Positions 28,801 through 43,100 of a stretch of 64,000 nucleotides of DNA are shown here, in pieces. This DNA is from Trichinella spiralis (taxonomy: Eukaryota): contig NW_003526941.1 of assembly GCF_000181795.1 (NCBI RefSeq), forward strand, positions 3,807,348 through 3,871,347. The letters run 5' to 3'. The translations under genes were made by a program, and so were the position numbers. The notes below the pieces were generated by a model. That model did not search any database, had not been told where the DNA came from, and saw nothing but the letters and a program-made list of their open reading frames with translations. Each line of letters starts with the position of its first letter. The stretch's first letter is position 1.

Positions 28801-31800
28801 TCTGATGAGGGTTCAATAAAGCCTATAAAAATTGACGCTGATTTTTGAGTGACGGGAAAATTGTTCAAATTAAATTCCAATAATAACAATAATACACAGT
28901 TATAATGAGAATCAAATTAATAATAATACTTGATTTTGCGATAAAATATGCATCATCTGTATCTGCTGCGAATTGAGGGAAGGAAGAGCGCCATCTTCAC
29001 TCTAAATGCATGTTTTTTATTTAAGAAAGTGCGAACTTTTGCGGATGTGCATAATGTTGGAAAAAGGTAATGAAAAAATTACCTCATTCAAACCAATACC
29101 GATCAAACTTCCTTTCAAATACATGTCAATTCTTTGCTATAATTACAATAATAAATTGTGAAAAATTTAAAATAATTTCGCAATAATTTTATAAAATTAC
29201 TCTTTGATATCCATTTTGACGATCCAGAAGTTGTGCCGGAATCGGTAAACGGGATACATCTTCAATGTTGGGTAACAGAGGTGCACTCTTGCTAGAATAA
29301 AAAAAATCAAAGTAAAAAATTACAAATTATGATTTTCGTCAATTTCACCTGTTTTCACCATCCACAGAAACTTTGGTTCTACCTTTCAACTGTGTCTCCA
29401 AAAATTCAATTCGATCAAACAAGGCTTGATTAATTTCTGAAAAATAATGCCTGAAAACTGCATAAACAGGAAGAAAAAAGCAATTCAATACGAACTGGAT
29501 TTCAATTTGAGAGCATTTTTGTAACACTTCAAAGCGTCGTTTAGCTGAAAATATTGCTCGTACAAAAGGCCAAGATCAATCCACGCCGGCGACAAGGAAT
29601 CATCAAGCTGAATTGCACATACAAATGCTTGCAAAGCATCAAACGGTTGCTGCTGTTGTTGGTAAAGAACTCTGAAAAAAGTCTTGCATCAATAACTAAC
29701 CAACCAACTAACTAACTGAAACAGTAAAATTATTATTTTCTAAACAATCAAATCATTATTCATAATTTTTCAATTAAGAATTATGAAAACAAAATAATAA
29801 GCGTTACCCAATTGAGCACCAAATATCAGCGTTGGATTCATTTTTGTCGATGGAATGTCTGTACGATAGGAATGCCTCATGGGCGCGTCCTGCTGCTGAG
29901 AAGCATCTGAAAACAAAATAGAAAAACATCAGTTAAAATTACAATACAATTCATTAAATAATAAATTTACTACGCTTTAAAAAAATATTTAAAGATAAAT
30001 GAATAAATACCTTCCTAAGTAATAATGACTTCGACCAGATGTAGGATCTGCTTTCAAAGACTGCTGTAAGCAATTAATAGCTACGCTTATCCGATGTGCT
30101 TTATCACCAAAGCTTTCTTCACGAAAAAAAAGCCAACCTAAAAAATGAAACGAACTGCAATCAACAAACGCAGGATAATAAAGGAAACAACATCTCACCC
30201 AACTGGCGCAACAATGATGCTCTCAGTACTGGAGACACTACCTGAGAAGATTGCAACAGTGACTGATATTCAGAATGTGCTTTTTTCAAATCACCCTGAA
30301 AAAAATAAATTATTATTCTATTTAAAAAAATAAAATTATCTTGAATACTGACCTTTAACTCTATACAGTGAGCTATGTGAAAACGAACTGAAAATACAAA
30401 ACTTCTTTAAATAATAATAATATCTGAAATATTTAATATTGGATGTAGTTCTACTTTCTGCTTTGGAAAATATAGTGGGATTTGGATCAACGAAAGCGAG
30501 TCTCAAATTCTACAAAAAAATTCATAATTAACATTTTATCTGTAATTTTTTGAAATTACTTTGATTGCTAAATCAAAACTGTGTAACGCTTTGAAAGCCA
30601 AACCCAAACGAATATTCACTTCCGCTGCTTTGCAAAAATTTGGAAATAGATAAAGGAGACGTTGAAAAACTTCCGTGGCGCTAAAAACAATCTTACTGTA
30701 CGTCGAAGGAAAAATAATAAATCTAGCATACCTTTTGTGGATATTAAAGTGAAAATATACTAATCCCAGACCATATAAAAATGGAGCATCCTATAGATAA
30801 AACAGTGCAACAGTTTTCTATATAATAAAATAAAACACCAACCTTCCAATATTCTGCTTTGCATTCATAAAAACGCTGATAGGCTGACAATGCTAAAAAT
30901 ACGCAGTGCATCAAAAATTAAATAAATAAAATATCCTGGAATCTAAACCTTTAACAAAATCATGAATCAACAGATTCAGATGACCCAATTTGAGCAATAC
31001 TTCGCAAAGAAATCGATTGTCCGTTTCAACCGCAGCATCGGTTGAACGTTGAATTTCTTCAAGTCTCTGTTCGTAAAACTTTAATGCCTATAAAAGATCA
31101 ATTACAAAAAAATTGTTTAAAAAATTTCCGACCCTACTTTAATAACCAATCGCCTCTCAAATATCTTCTCTGGGTGTACAAGATTAAGGCAACCAAATTC
31201 TGTGCTGAAATGTAAAAAACGCATCATAATGATAACTCCAATGATTCAACAATAAGTCCATCTCTAACGTGAAGCTAATTCTCAAAATGCATGATCATTC
31301 ACTATATCACTAGAATATCAGATTTATATCTCGATATCACTAGAATAGTAATAAACAAGTAACATAGAATATGCATATTCACATATAAAATGCCAAAAGT
31401 TATCTTGAGTATTACATACGGTAGTAATATATTCTTCTTGTGCATCCCGGCAAAATTTTCAAATTTAAATTAATATGCAAAATTTATTTAAAATTTCATT
31501 ATTAATAATACTGACATAATTTAACAAAAATTAGTAATAGTAAATGCTTTTCTTCGGTTACGTAGGAATTATCCTCTGTGTTGGTCATGTATGCTAAATT
31601 AATAAGACCACCGATGTACATTGTCATTTCATTCCATATGTTGAAGAATATGCATATCATTAATAAAAATTATGTGCGCGGCAGACAACTGCTTATTTTT
31701 CCAACAAGATGTTGAGAGTTATGCATGCGCTTCTGCACGATGAACATTATGCATGGATTATCAATAATTATAACCATTTGCAAGCAGAAAACCTTAAAAA

Positions 31801-32713
31801 TGAAAGGAATGATCTCATGCGCAACATGCAAATCTGTTTGAAATATTACTTGTAGCATGAATTAACATATTATCATAGTGCACATGAAAAAGTATCGGCG
31901 AAATTTTTAATTTGGAGAAAATTGCATTTGGCATGATGCAAATATTTGACTAATCTGCTTCAGCCTTTCCAAGCCTTACAGTTTGCACTAGACTTTCTTT
32001 TGAGAAACAAATATTCTTTATAAACTAAAATACTGAAAATTTTCAGAAACTGCAAATTTTATTCAATTTAAACAAAACTAACGTAACAAAGGTGCATTAT
32101 CTTCCTGAATTTGAAATCAAAACTGCCTCATCAAATGAATGAAATTCCAGGAAAAACAAATTTGCATTCATAATCGCAGTTCAAAAAAACACATTGTTGC
32201 TGACGGAATAAAAGATGGACGTTGTCCTTGACATGTTTACCAGAAAATCCCTCTGTTCGCCATATGTGCACATTTATGAACCCCATTTGCAAACAGGAAG
32301 CAGACCCCATAATCACCTCAAACATGGGAAAATAAAACTGATTTGTTATCTATGAATCGCCTTCTTACTTATTCTTTTTCTAACAGCAATTTTTTCATTT
32401 AATGCAGAACTTTTATTAAATAAAAATATCTTAGATAAAAGAAATCAAGTAACTATTTGTTTAAATACTGAACTCAAAACAGCTGCAAATGATGAATGCA
32501 GCCGTGATGAACACGCGTGCTAATGATGAAAAAATATTTGCATAAAGGAAATATTAACGAAAATGAACATTTTATACTTATTTTTCCTTTTTTCATTTTC
32601 TTATTTATGCTTATTTTTACTAAAAAGTCAAAATATTCCAACCTGTCCATGGTTTCCAGTCGGCGAGCTTCTTCGTGCGTGAATACCGTTTGGCAACAAT
32701 TAGAATCATCCAT
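25809..32713 (-). CDS. utx-1: Lysine-specific H3K27 demethylase UTX/KDM6A-like (N-terminal TPRs, JmjC domain, zinc-binding domain)
   Basis: Many short exons: start [23 protein letters not shown] (32713); TPR segments ([28 protein letters not shown]); [87 protein letters not shown]...YCLNCA. The Fe-binding H/E/H residues are intact. Confident to ~26019; the last micro-exon 25832-25809 is a guess. Confidence 0.93.
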
Positions 32714-34567
32714 TTCACCTGTAAAAAATAAAATATTTGTAAATTTAATCAAATCATTTACATATTATCCGAATTTTCAGTAACAAAGCACTGCAGATTA
32801 TGCACATCTAAAAAATACATATACAACTTTTAACTGTCAAACGAATGGTTTGTGCTGGCCATACTGAATGGATATACCAAGGTCAGCAGACGCGCATGCT
32901 GGTCCACAGTGAGAAATCAATAGGTTTGTACGGATCAAGCTGAAGAAACATACAGTATGCAAACAAGAAATGCACGTTCAACTTTGAATAAATTATTCAA
33001 AAAATTTCAAGAAAAAAAATAATTAAATCAAGTTCGTTTGCTTGAAATACATATTGTGTAGACAGATTTTACTAAATGCAATATTGTTAGAACTGCAGTG
33101 CATTATTCTTATGAATGGTACAAAGATTAAACTCGCAGTATAAGGAGGAAAGTAAGCTTTTTCAGTTTAAAATGATGAAAGAACAAATGCATAGATATTA
33201 AAAGAAATGTATTTTCCAATATTATATAAATAATATTATATCATAGTCTCAAAAAGTAATTATGTTCCAGTTTTATATGGTAGTTCAGATGATTAAAATG
33301 TTCCAAAACCCAGCTGTTAACGATCATACATAACAGATTAAATAGATTTTTAGTAATATAAAAGTCTTAGAATAAAATGTTTCCAAAGGGAATTGTTTGA
33401 CAATGTTATAATTTCTTAACTACAATCATAACCGCAAAAGCTATCCTGAAAAACGAAAAGTTTAGCGGTTTCTTTTTTAGCTGATTTATGTAAAAAGAAA
33501 TAACATGTCGGTTTATATAAAATTTAATTTAAAGCAATAAAAACATATATTCATAAATTAAATTCAAGTTTAAACGGCATTAAACAAAACTTAATTCGAA
33601 GTATCTGATTTATGCCTGTGCATCACATTCACTGTAGAAAATCTATTGGAACAGCAAAGTGGCGGGTTGTTTCACATTCTTTATGTTTGTATTTAAATTG
33701 CACAAGTAACCTGTAAATTGTTCCTGAGAGAGGTGACGGTATTGGAATAAATTAAAGAGCTGTAGGTTTATTAATTGGGGAACATTAGAAGCTGCTCAGG
33801 TAGAGGAAGCATTATTAGTGTTTCAAACACATTTTTATTCATTAGTAGGAGTGAAAATTTGGAAAGAAGTTGGGCTTTTTCTCAAATTGTCATTTTTCAT
33901 TCTCTGTTTTTATAATTAAGTAATGATTGAGGTCTACGATGTGAGTGATTGACAGTATTCTCAAATAGTTACACGTGACTGTAAATTGTAAAATTAAAAT
34001 TATTACAAAAACTGTTCCGTGAATGTACATATTTATCGGGTATGATAAATATATGATTGTTCATGTAATGGAAAAATATTTGCATCAAAATGATGCTTAT
34101 GCTCAAATTTCAACAACAAAAAAACACTAGGAATAATTTATTGTAGATTAAGCGAACCGTACGAAAGATAAATGAATAAATAGAGAACAAAACGAATTTT
34201 TTGATTTATTTTTCTTATTTTTTTATCAGCAAGTGAAAATTTCAGAGAATAATTTTTCAGTTGATTTCAAACTCTGTTTAGTTGGTCTTTTGAAAAAGTT
34301 TCTGAAATCATTTTTTATTTCAAGATTAATTTGTTTTAGTCGTATAATTAAAAATAACTTATTTACAGGTTGAATACAACGATTAAAAAAAAATGTTTTA
34401 CCAAAAAAATGCATACATTTTTTAATGAAAAAAACGGCAAGTGTTGCGATCATTTTCAAAATTTTATTAAATGCATTATCTTGATTTTTTTAAAATTACG
34501 GTATATGTTATATTTTTACCAGTGTCAAGTTGCAGTTGCTCAGTAAAAAGTGGCATTTGAATCGAAA

Positions 34568-37500
34568 ATGGCAATGATTTTGTTCAAGTCACGTCCATAT
34601 GGGTGCAATTACATTTTGCGACGATGCTTTGCATCCGATCGGTCTATGTACGTTTTGGATCCAATCAATCCTGAAGAGAAGGTTTCCTTTTTTTTATTTA
34701 TACTATAATTTTTTTAAAAAGTAATATTTGACTATTATGATATTTTTATTGTTTACTAAAATTCTTATTCGATATTGTGTATATTGGTTAAAAATGTATT
34801 TTTGTTTCTTCATTTCATCGAGAGAATTGTATTATTTTACATTTTCACAGCCCGACAAGTTTTGCAAAATTCAAAAATCAAATCTATAAAATTCAATTTG
34901 TCATTTATGCCTTTACAGTATAACTTGGAATTGTGAAATTTAATCTTTAATTTGTGTAGAAAAATATTAGCAATATCATCACATTAGTAGATGGGGCTTT
35001 TTAAAATTAGCTTATAAGTATTGGCCGAGAATTGTTTGACAAATGCACAACTTTTTTTTGAGAGTCAATTTTGCTGCAGTTGTTTGAACTTTTCATTTCA
35101 ACTTTACTTTGTCAATGAGGAATGTGGAGAAACTTGTTTTTGCAACTTTGCCATTTCGAAGTTGAAAATTGATTGAATCTTTAACGTTTTGGTTTCAAAA
35201 TTTTTCTCCACTAAAACTAATAATAAAAGTTGCATTAATAAATTTATCGGTTGATTCAGTTTAATTTTTCACGTTGAAACTGAATAATTATAATAATATT
35301 TGCATTTTTTAAATCTTGTTTTCTGCGTTATTATTAATTGCAAGTTGAGTGATAAAAAAAGTTTCATCTATTTTTATGAACAACATGAAATAATTATATT
35401 TTTCCCTAAAGTTATATTCGAATGTAAAAGTTCTTTTTTGTTTATCAAATATATAATACAAAAGTTGTAAGTTTTCTTGAAATCTATTTTTTAGATTAAA
35501 CCACTTTAATAATTATTTTTAAGCAATAAAAATTGCTCAGTTTATATATAAAAATTTTTTGTAGAAATTTCAAAAAATTTTAATAGCAAATCGAGGTGAA
35601 ATTGCATGCCGTATAATAAAAACATGCAAAGCGATGGGCATCAAAACTGTTGCCGTGCACAGCGATGTCGACTCGTTGGCGGTATGTGGAAAATTTTTTA
35701 AAAATTAATATGTTGATTTGAAAATTTCAAATTTTTAGTTACATGTACAAATGGCCGACGAAGCTGTCTGCATTGGGCCGGCTCCAACCAGAGATAGCTA
35801 TCTGCGAATGGATAAAATATTGCAGGCGGTCAAAGACACCGGTGCTGAAGCGGTAAGTGCATTTTGTTGGACAAATGACAAATGCAGATTAAAATTATTA
35901 CATTTTTAATTCGCTTTTTTCAGGTGCATCCGGGGTATGGATTTTTGTCAGAAAATACCGAATTTGCAAGATTGCTTACCGAAGCTGGTGGTGTATTCAT
36001 TGGTCCAAATTCGAAAGCAATTCTTGCCATGGGCGACAAAATTCAAAGCAAACGCATAGCAACCGAAGCGAAAGTAAGCATGATACCCGGTTTTGATGGT
36101 GAAATAAAGGTAATTCAATTGAAACAAACCTTTCACATGTATTATTGATAATTGATATTATTGGTTTCAGGATGCGGAAATGTGCGTTAAAGTTGCTAAT
36201 GAAATAGGGTATCCGGTGATGATTAAAGCATCCGCTGGTGGTGGCGGTAAGGGAATGAGAATTGCTTGGAATGATAAAGAAGCACGAGAAGGGTTCCGAC
36301 TATCTCAGCAAGAAGCAGCGAGCAGTTTTGGTGATGATCGCATGCTGGTGGAAAAGTACATTGATAATCCGCGACATATTGAAATGCAGGTAAAAATAGA
36401 TGTCTTTTCTTTGGTTTTAGTATTGTAATTTTTCAATCAATTCTGTTAGGTACTATGTGATAAACATGGTAATGCTATTTGGTTAAATGAACGGGAATGT
36501 TCAATTCAAAGACGAAATCAAAAAGTGATCGAAGAATCTCCCAGGTATGTTCTTTTTTTAACGTCGTTGTAAGAACGCCGAAATCATTTACAGTATGATT
36601 TTATACAGTCCATTCGTCCCACCGGAAATGAGAAAAAAGATGGGTGACGAAGCTTGTGCTCTCGCCCTAGCAGTTGGCTATGATTCAGCAGGCACGGTTG
36701 AATTTCTGGTCGATTCGAAACGTAATTTCTACTTTCTCGAGATGAACACCCGTCTTCAGGTGAAATGATAATAATAAATTTTTAATGGAAAATTAATTTT
36801 TTAAATTTAGGTTGAACATCCCATAACAGAAGCAGTCACTGGTGTTGATATTGTTCAGCAGATGATCCGAATCGCCTACGGTATGCGAAATGAATATTTT
36901 TGATGAAGCTTCACTTTCACTGTAGGTCACAAATTAAATTTGAAACAATCCGATATTCCGATCCGTGGCTGGGCATTGGAATGTCGTGTTTACGCTGAAG
37001 ATCCTTACAAATCATTCGGACTTCCGTCCGTCGGTAGACTGACCCGCTACGAAGAACCGTTGCGATTGAACGGCATTCGTTGTGACAGTGGAATTTATGA
37101 AGGAAGTGAAATTAGCATCTATTATGATCCACTTATTTGCAAAGTTAGTTGAAAATCAAAACTTTTTTTCCACATATCAATTCGCTGATTAATTATTTTC
37201 AGCTCATAGCTTATGCTAATGATCGAATAGAGACAATCAATTTGATGCGTGATGCTCTTGATGAATATGTAATTCGCGGTAAGATTTTACGCGCGGGCTT
37301 TTAATTAATTCCCATAAACTTTTTCGAAGTTGACAAATTGGGGTTTCCATTATTGTTCAGGTGTGACGAATAATATTCCCCTCCTTCGAGACATAATGTC
37401 AGAAGAGCGTTACAGGTCAGGAAATATAACTACAAAATATCTTTTCGAGACCTATCCTGAAGGTTTCCATGGTGTGCGTTTGAATGATGAAGAGACTCGC

Positions 37501-38917
37501 AGTATTGCGGCCGTTGCTGCTGCCCTTTTTACTCACCACCGGCATCGCGCTGTTAATTTTCTGAACAGTGTCCAGTATCAAATTTGAGCTATAAACAATA
37601 TAAGAAGTATATTTTTCCCTTCTTTTAATATATGTTTTCTTTTCGAAGGCAAGATTTTTCAAAAAATACGCAATCCATGAACGAGCAGATGCTGTTCGTT
37701 AAAGTGCCACATATTGATCGTGAAGCGTCGCAGCACAAAATCAGTGGCGTGGAAATTATCCGCGACAGTTGTACAGTATGTGATTTGTAAATATTTTGTA
37801 GAAAAGTAATGATTGTCAAGATTAATTTGTCAATGATCATCTCCAGGTAACACTTGATGGCAAAAAGGTTCATATTGAAGGACCTATTAATTTTTGTAAC
37901 ACAGTTTTGAACTTGAAAGTCAATGGAAAACCTTGCAATGTTCAGGTACTTTGCCTTTTCGTGCATTTCTTCCACGTTTCGCGCTGATTTTATTTTTTTG
38001 CCCAGATAAAAAGTTGTGATACAGCCGGCAGAATATCTCTGTTATACAAAGGCTGTCCGGTTAGTTGTTTTTTTTTTATTTGATTTGGTTTAAGTGCAAA
38101 TGTTTTATTTGTTCAAGTACGATTTGAATGTGACTACCTCCACCGCGGAGAAATATTACAAATACATGCCAGCGCCGAAAAAAGTAAGCAGTGTAATTTC
38201 TAGTCGAGTAATTTATTTTAACAAGTGTAGCTTTAATTTGTTTACAATGTGGATGAAAAATGAACATTATTGTTTTGCAATTGAGATTAAAAGAATTGAG
38301 TTGAGATTAAAATTTGTATAATGAAACAAAGTGAAAAAATGCTGTAAAATAATTTAGTATTTTCTTTTTCTGTTAGGTTGATCTGAGCAATGTGATTGTG
38401 GCGCCAATGCCTGGCATGATCAAATCGGTCAGCGTTAAGGTAGGACAGGCAGTATCGGAATGTCAGGAGACGTGCGTGATCGAAGCAATGAAAATGCAAA
38501 ACAGTTTATTAGCACCAAAATCTGGGAAGGTATGCATTTTTGTTTGTTAATTTTTATCATCAACCTTGGAATGTTGTGCTGATTTGCTTTTTGCGTGTTC
38601 AATTGAATAACTGATGAACAATTAATTATTGTTCATCTGGTGTAGTGTAGGAAAGTTTTCGTTCAGATTTCAGTAGTAGTAGGTACAGTGCTTGTTCACA
38701 GTTGTTCGCAAATTTGCCAACATTTATCATTAAAAAAAAATTCACTAACAATATGGTTGTGGACTGCTTGCTTGCCGCATACTGTGGAAATGGCCTAATG
38801 TTATAAATGATTTATTTTCAACGATTGTTGCTTATAAACAAAATTTAGGTGAAAGCAGTAAATTGTGAAGCTGGCAAAGCGGTTGAAGAAGGAGCCATAT
38901 TAATTGAATTTGAATGA
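34568..38917 (+). CDS. pcca-1: Propionyl-CoA carboxylase alpha chain, mitochondrial (biotin carboxylase plus biotinyl domain)
   Basis: Arg-rich transit-like exon 34568-34681; [12 protein letters not shown] (35565+); [76 protein letters not shown]; biotin-attachment motif EAMKM (~38482-38496); ends ILIEFE* at 38917. Confidence 0.95.
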
Positions 38918-40103
38918 TTTATGATAATTTTTGGTAATTTGTTTCAAATGATTGTGGCAACAGTTTAGCTTAGATTTTCTCTCTTCTGCATAGTTGATCG
39001 GCATAAATTTGATCTGTTGCTTTACTTTTCTCATCTTTAATCAATTTGTGAACTTTCACTAGAATTGATAGTAATAATTTTAGTCGAATTAATTCAGCTT
39101 TTAAAATTTCTCTTTTCAACTAATTTAACTTTGATTAGATATTGAAATTTGAATTCGATATTTCAAATAAAGACTTTAAAAAAAAATGAGTGAATAAATC
39201 AGGGGAAGTTTATTTGTATTTATTGCAACTTGAATTAATTAATTGATCAATCAAATAAGCGGTTTACCATAGGTTGTTTGCTGGTTGAAATTATTTTTTT
39301 TTCCACGACGACACTTTCGCTCAGAAGCGTTTATCGTAAACATGTAATGTTTTATTTCTTTTTAAAATCATCATCGCCTGTCTCTTTTGACGGCGTGGTA
39401 TAATTTGGCATTTGAGAATCTTGCGACAATTGATTACTGATAGCTTAACGAGCGCAGCCTGTCCATTTTTATGATGATTGAGTGTTGTTGTGTTTGAAAG
39501 GAAAAAGCAAAGAATGAAAAAGGTTTTATTTATGATCGAATTGTTGACAATGATGACAAAAAAGATTAATAACAATTTCCAAACAATATCATTAAAGTTG
39601 TATCAGTTTAATGTTAATTGTGATAAAATTTGGATTATTTTTCGTTTGTTTGTTTGTTTGTTTGTTTTGTGTTTGCTGATCTTAGAGATTTGATAAATTG
39701 TATACCAAGGCGTGTTGTTGATTGCCGTGCGTTATCGTCGTTGATGATTAAAACGTAACATCTAGCTGGCAATGAAGAAGAAGAAGAAGAAGAAGGATGA
39801 AATTGATAATAAATTGCCACCAAGCGAGCTTGTGTGTTGCTCAATCAAGCTGACAGGTGCCGATTTGAACAGCGGTTCCCCTCATTTGATGAATTGACTT
39901 TTTTGGCACTGCTCGTTAGCTGTCATCGAGATTTGTTATTGGTTGTCGATTTTCACTTATGTAACAAGCGACATGCGGACGCACGTTATTATTCACTGCT
40001 GCTGATATTCCTTCCTCCGTTGGTATATTCTAATTTTTCCATTTTCTCCAACTCGTTCATTTTCACCGTTATTTCTTCTGCTGTGCTGAAATTGCGAATC
40101 AAC

Positions 40104-43100
40104 ATGTCGTTTAAATCAACGCTTTCACAACTATTACTACTATTGCTTGCACACTTCAGAATTTCCTTTGCGACTCCTTGTGATCAGGTAAAATTTGCCA
40201 ATTTTTTTAATTTTTTCTTTATAATTTCTTTGCTAAATGATTGAGTATCAGTTGTAGTAGTAATATTTCTATGTTGTTAATTGATGAAAAATGATCTCTG
40301 ACGTCATTTATTCAATTGGTCGAAATTTCAAATTTGCTAAAAGCTTTTTCTTTTCCACATCATCCATAAATATTGAGATAGATTTAATCAGTTGTAATAA
40401 AATAGGAAAGATTTTCTGTGAATAGTTTATCATTTGAAAGTGACAAGCAAATTATATTATTATTTTGATTGCAAACAGGCGCCATTAGAACAGAGAGCTT
40501 CGTTGGAAGAAGTTGAGGAATGGTTAGCGAAGTACGATCGGGATGCGGGCCAATTGCAAGATCTCTACACGGTGCAGTTGTTCCAGTATCGTTTAGAGTT
40601 GAGCAAGGGACTTTTGGAAGAATTTCGCTCGACCGGTGTCAAAGTGATCAAGCATCAATTGGACGCCCGTTCAGGCGCTTTGAAATTTCTCGCCAATTTA
40701 CCCAAGAACGTCAGTGTGGAAACGGTGCGTCAGTTGCGTCTGATATCAGCCCAAGCGGCGGTGGATTTTGGAATTTGGGATGTCGTTTTGGACAAGAGCA
40801 AAAAGCGTTTCGTCGAACTGCCCGAACTGATGCTTTCCGGCTATAGTCGGTCGTTTGCTTGTGAAAACCAGACGACCGTTGCTTGTTGCCAACATCCCAT
40901 TGTTTTGTATCCAAATTTGATCGCACTTTTTTCCAACAATCGAACCTACGACACACTGTTCCCACTGTGGTATAGTTGGGGATCGTCGGTGCAGTCGATT
41001 TTGGAAAATCAATTTGTCGAATTTGTCAATCTTGCCAATCAAGGTGCCCGCAGTGTCGACTATGAAAATTACTACAACTACATGGAATCGAGTTATGAGA
41101 GGCCGTTGTTGCAGACCGACTTGTTGCAGTTGTACCAGTCGACGTTGCCAATTTTTGAACATTTGCACGCTTACGTGCGTCGCAAATTGATCGCCCATTA
41201 CGGCACATCCCGTCTGCCCGCTTCGGTTATCGAAGCTCACTTGTTGGGCGATCTTTGGGCCGAACGTTGGGATGCGCTGTTCGACTTGACCGTACCGTAC
41301 AAGTTCATGCCCACCACCGACGTCACCAGCTCCCTCAGAGCACTCAACTACACTGTGGAATCGTTGTTCCGCCTGGCGGACAGTTGGCTCCAATCTGCCG
41401 GCTTTGTCAAAGCTCCGGACTCGTTGTGGAGATTGTCCACTTTTGAACGCTTCGACACCAACGCATCCCAAACTTGCATACCGACTGCGTGGCAATTTCA
41501 CGAAAACGACATGCACCGTGTGACCACGTGCGCCGGTGAAGTGTCGACCAGGCAGTTGCTCGAAGCGTTTCGTCTGCTCGGTCGAGTTCAGTATTTCATC
41601 CAATATCGCGACAGACCGTTGACGTTCAGACGTCAAGCTGGTCCGGGATTCATGGAAGCTATTGGTGACACGTTGGCGTTGTTCGCTTTGAATCCCGCCT
41701 CGTTGGAACGTCTCGGTTTGTTGTTCGACAACAGCACACGCTTCGACGTCAACCACCACCACGTACAGTTGAATTATCTGCTGCGCGTGGCGTTGACAAT
41801 GCTGCCGTCGATACCGTACCATTTCGCCTTGAACCACTGGCAAAAGGCCATGTTCGACGGCACCATCAGCGCCAAAACGATGAACATCCACTGGTCGATA
41901 TACAGGTACCAGTATTCGGGCATCGGTCGACCGATGCCGTCGGCAACTTTGGACGTTCACGGAACCAACCACTGGTCAGTATTCGCCGTCCAGCCTGCTT
42001 ATGCCAACCTCATCGGCACTGTGCTCTCGTTTCAACTGTTCCAAGGAATTTGCCGAGCGGCCAATCACACCGGACCGTTGCACCGTTGCAATTTGGACTC
42101 CAATCCATTGTTGGGCCGTCAGTTGTCGAATCTGATGCGACTCGGTGCCACCAAACCCTGGCAAGAGGCGTTGAAGTTGGTCAGCAAAAAGGCACTGCTC
42201 AGTGCGGAAGGCATGTTGGAATTTTTCGAACCGTTGCACGACTGGTTGAAACGAGAGAACGAAAAAGCGCACGAATGTTACGGTTGGAATTACAAGCATG
42301 AAACGGCCCCAATTGGGACTCAATTGCAGAAGCCTCGGTGTGGGGATTTTTTGCCGACCAATCAAAATTTTAAAGCTGAACAATTTTACAATAATTACGA
42401 AGCGAAACAGTTGGCCTTGGAACGCGAAGTACGTTCTCGTTGGTGGGATTACGCGACCAACATCACCGATCACAACCTCATCCGAATGACCGAATCGATG
42501 GCGAACAAGGTGGCATTTGTTGGCGAAGCTGCGCGTCGAGCCAGAGCCGAAATCTACCTGCCCATGGTGGACGACGACCGGCTGGCTCGTATGATTCGTC
42601 TGGTGCGTTCGAGAACGTTGCAGTTGAATGCAGTTGACACTGCGGAGTTGAATCGTCTGATTGGGGGCATGACGAGCACGTTCAGCAGGGGGCGAATATG
42701 TTCTTGGCGACCGTTTCGTTCGACACCGGACTGCAAGCGCATGTGGAGCTTGAATCCTGATTTGACGAATTTGTTCGCCAACTGCCACGACTACAAGACG
42801 CTGCTTTACGCTTGGCAGGCGTGGCACGACGTCGTCGGCCGTCCAATCAGGGGCCCTTTCGAAAGGGCCGTGCAGTTGGGCAACAGAGGAGCCCGCGCGA
42901 TTGGCTACGACGACGTCGGCGACTATTGGCGCGCCCAGTACGAAAATGACTACTTGAAAGAGGAGCTGGCTTCGATGTGGCAACAACTGCTGCCGTTGTA
43001 CGAGCAGTTGCACGCCTACGTGCGCAGACGCCTGCGCTACTTGTATCCGGGCCAGTTCAATTGCACGGCAATTCCGGCCCACTTGTTCGGCAACATCTGG

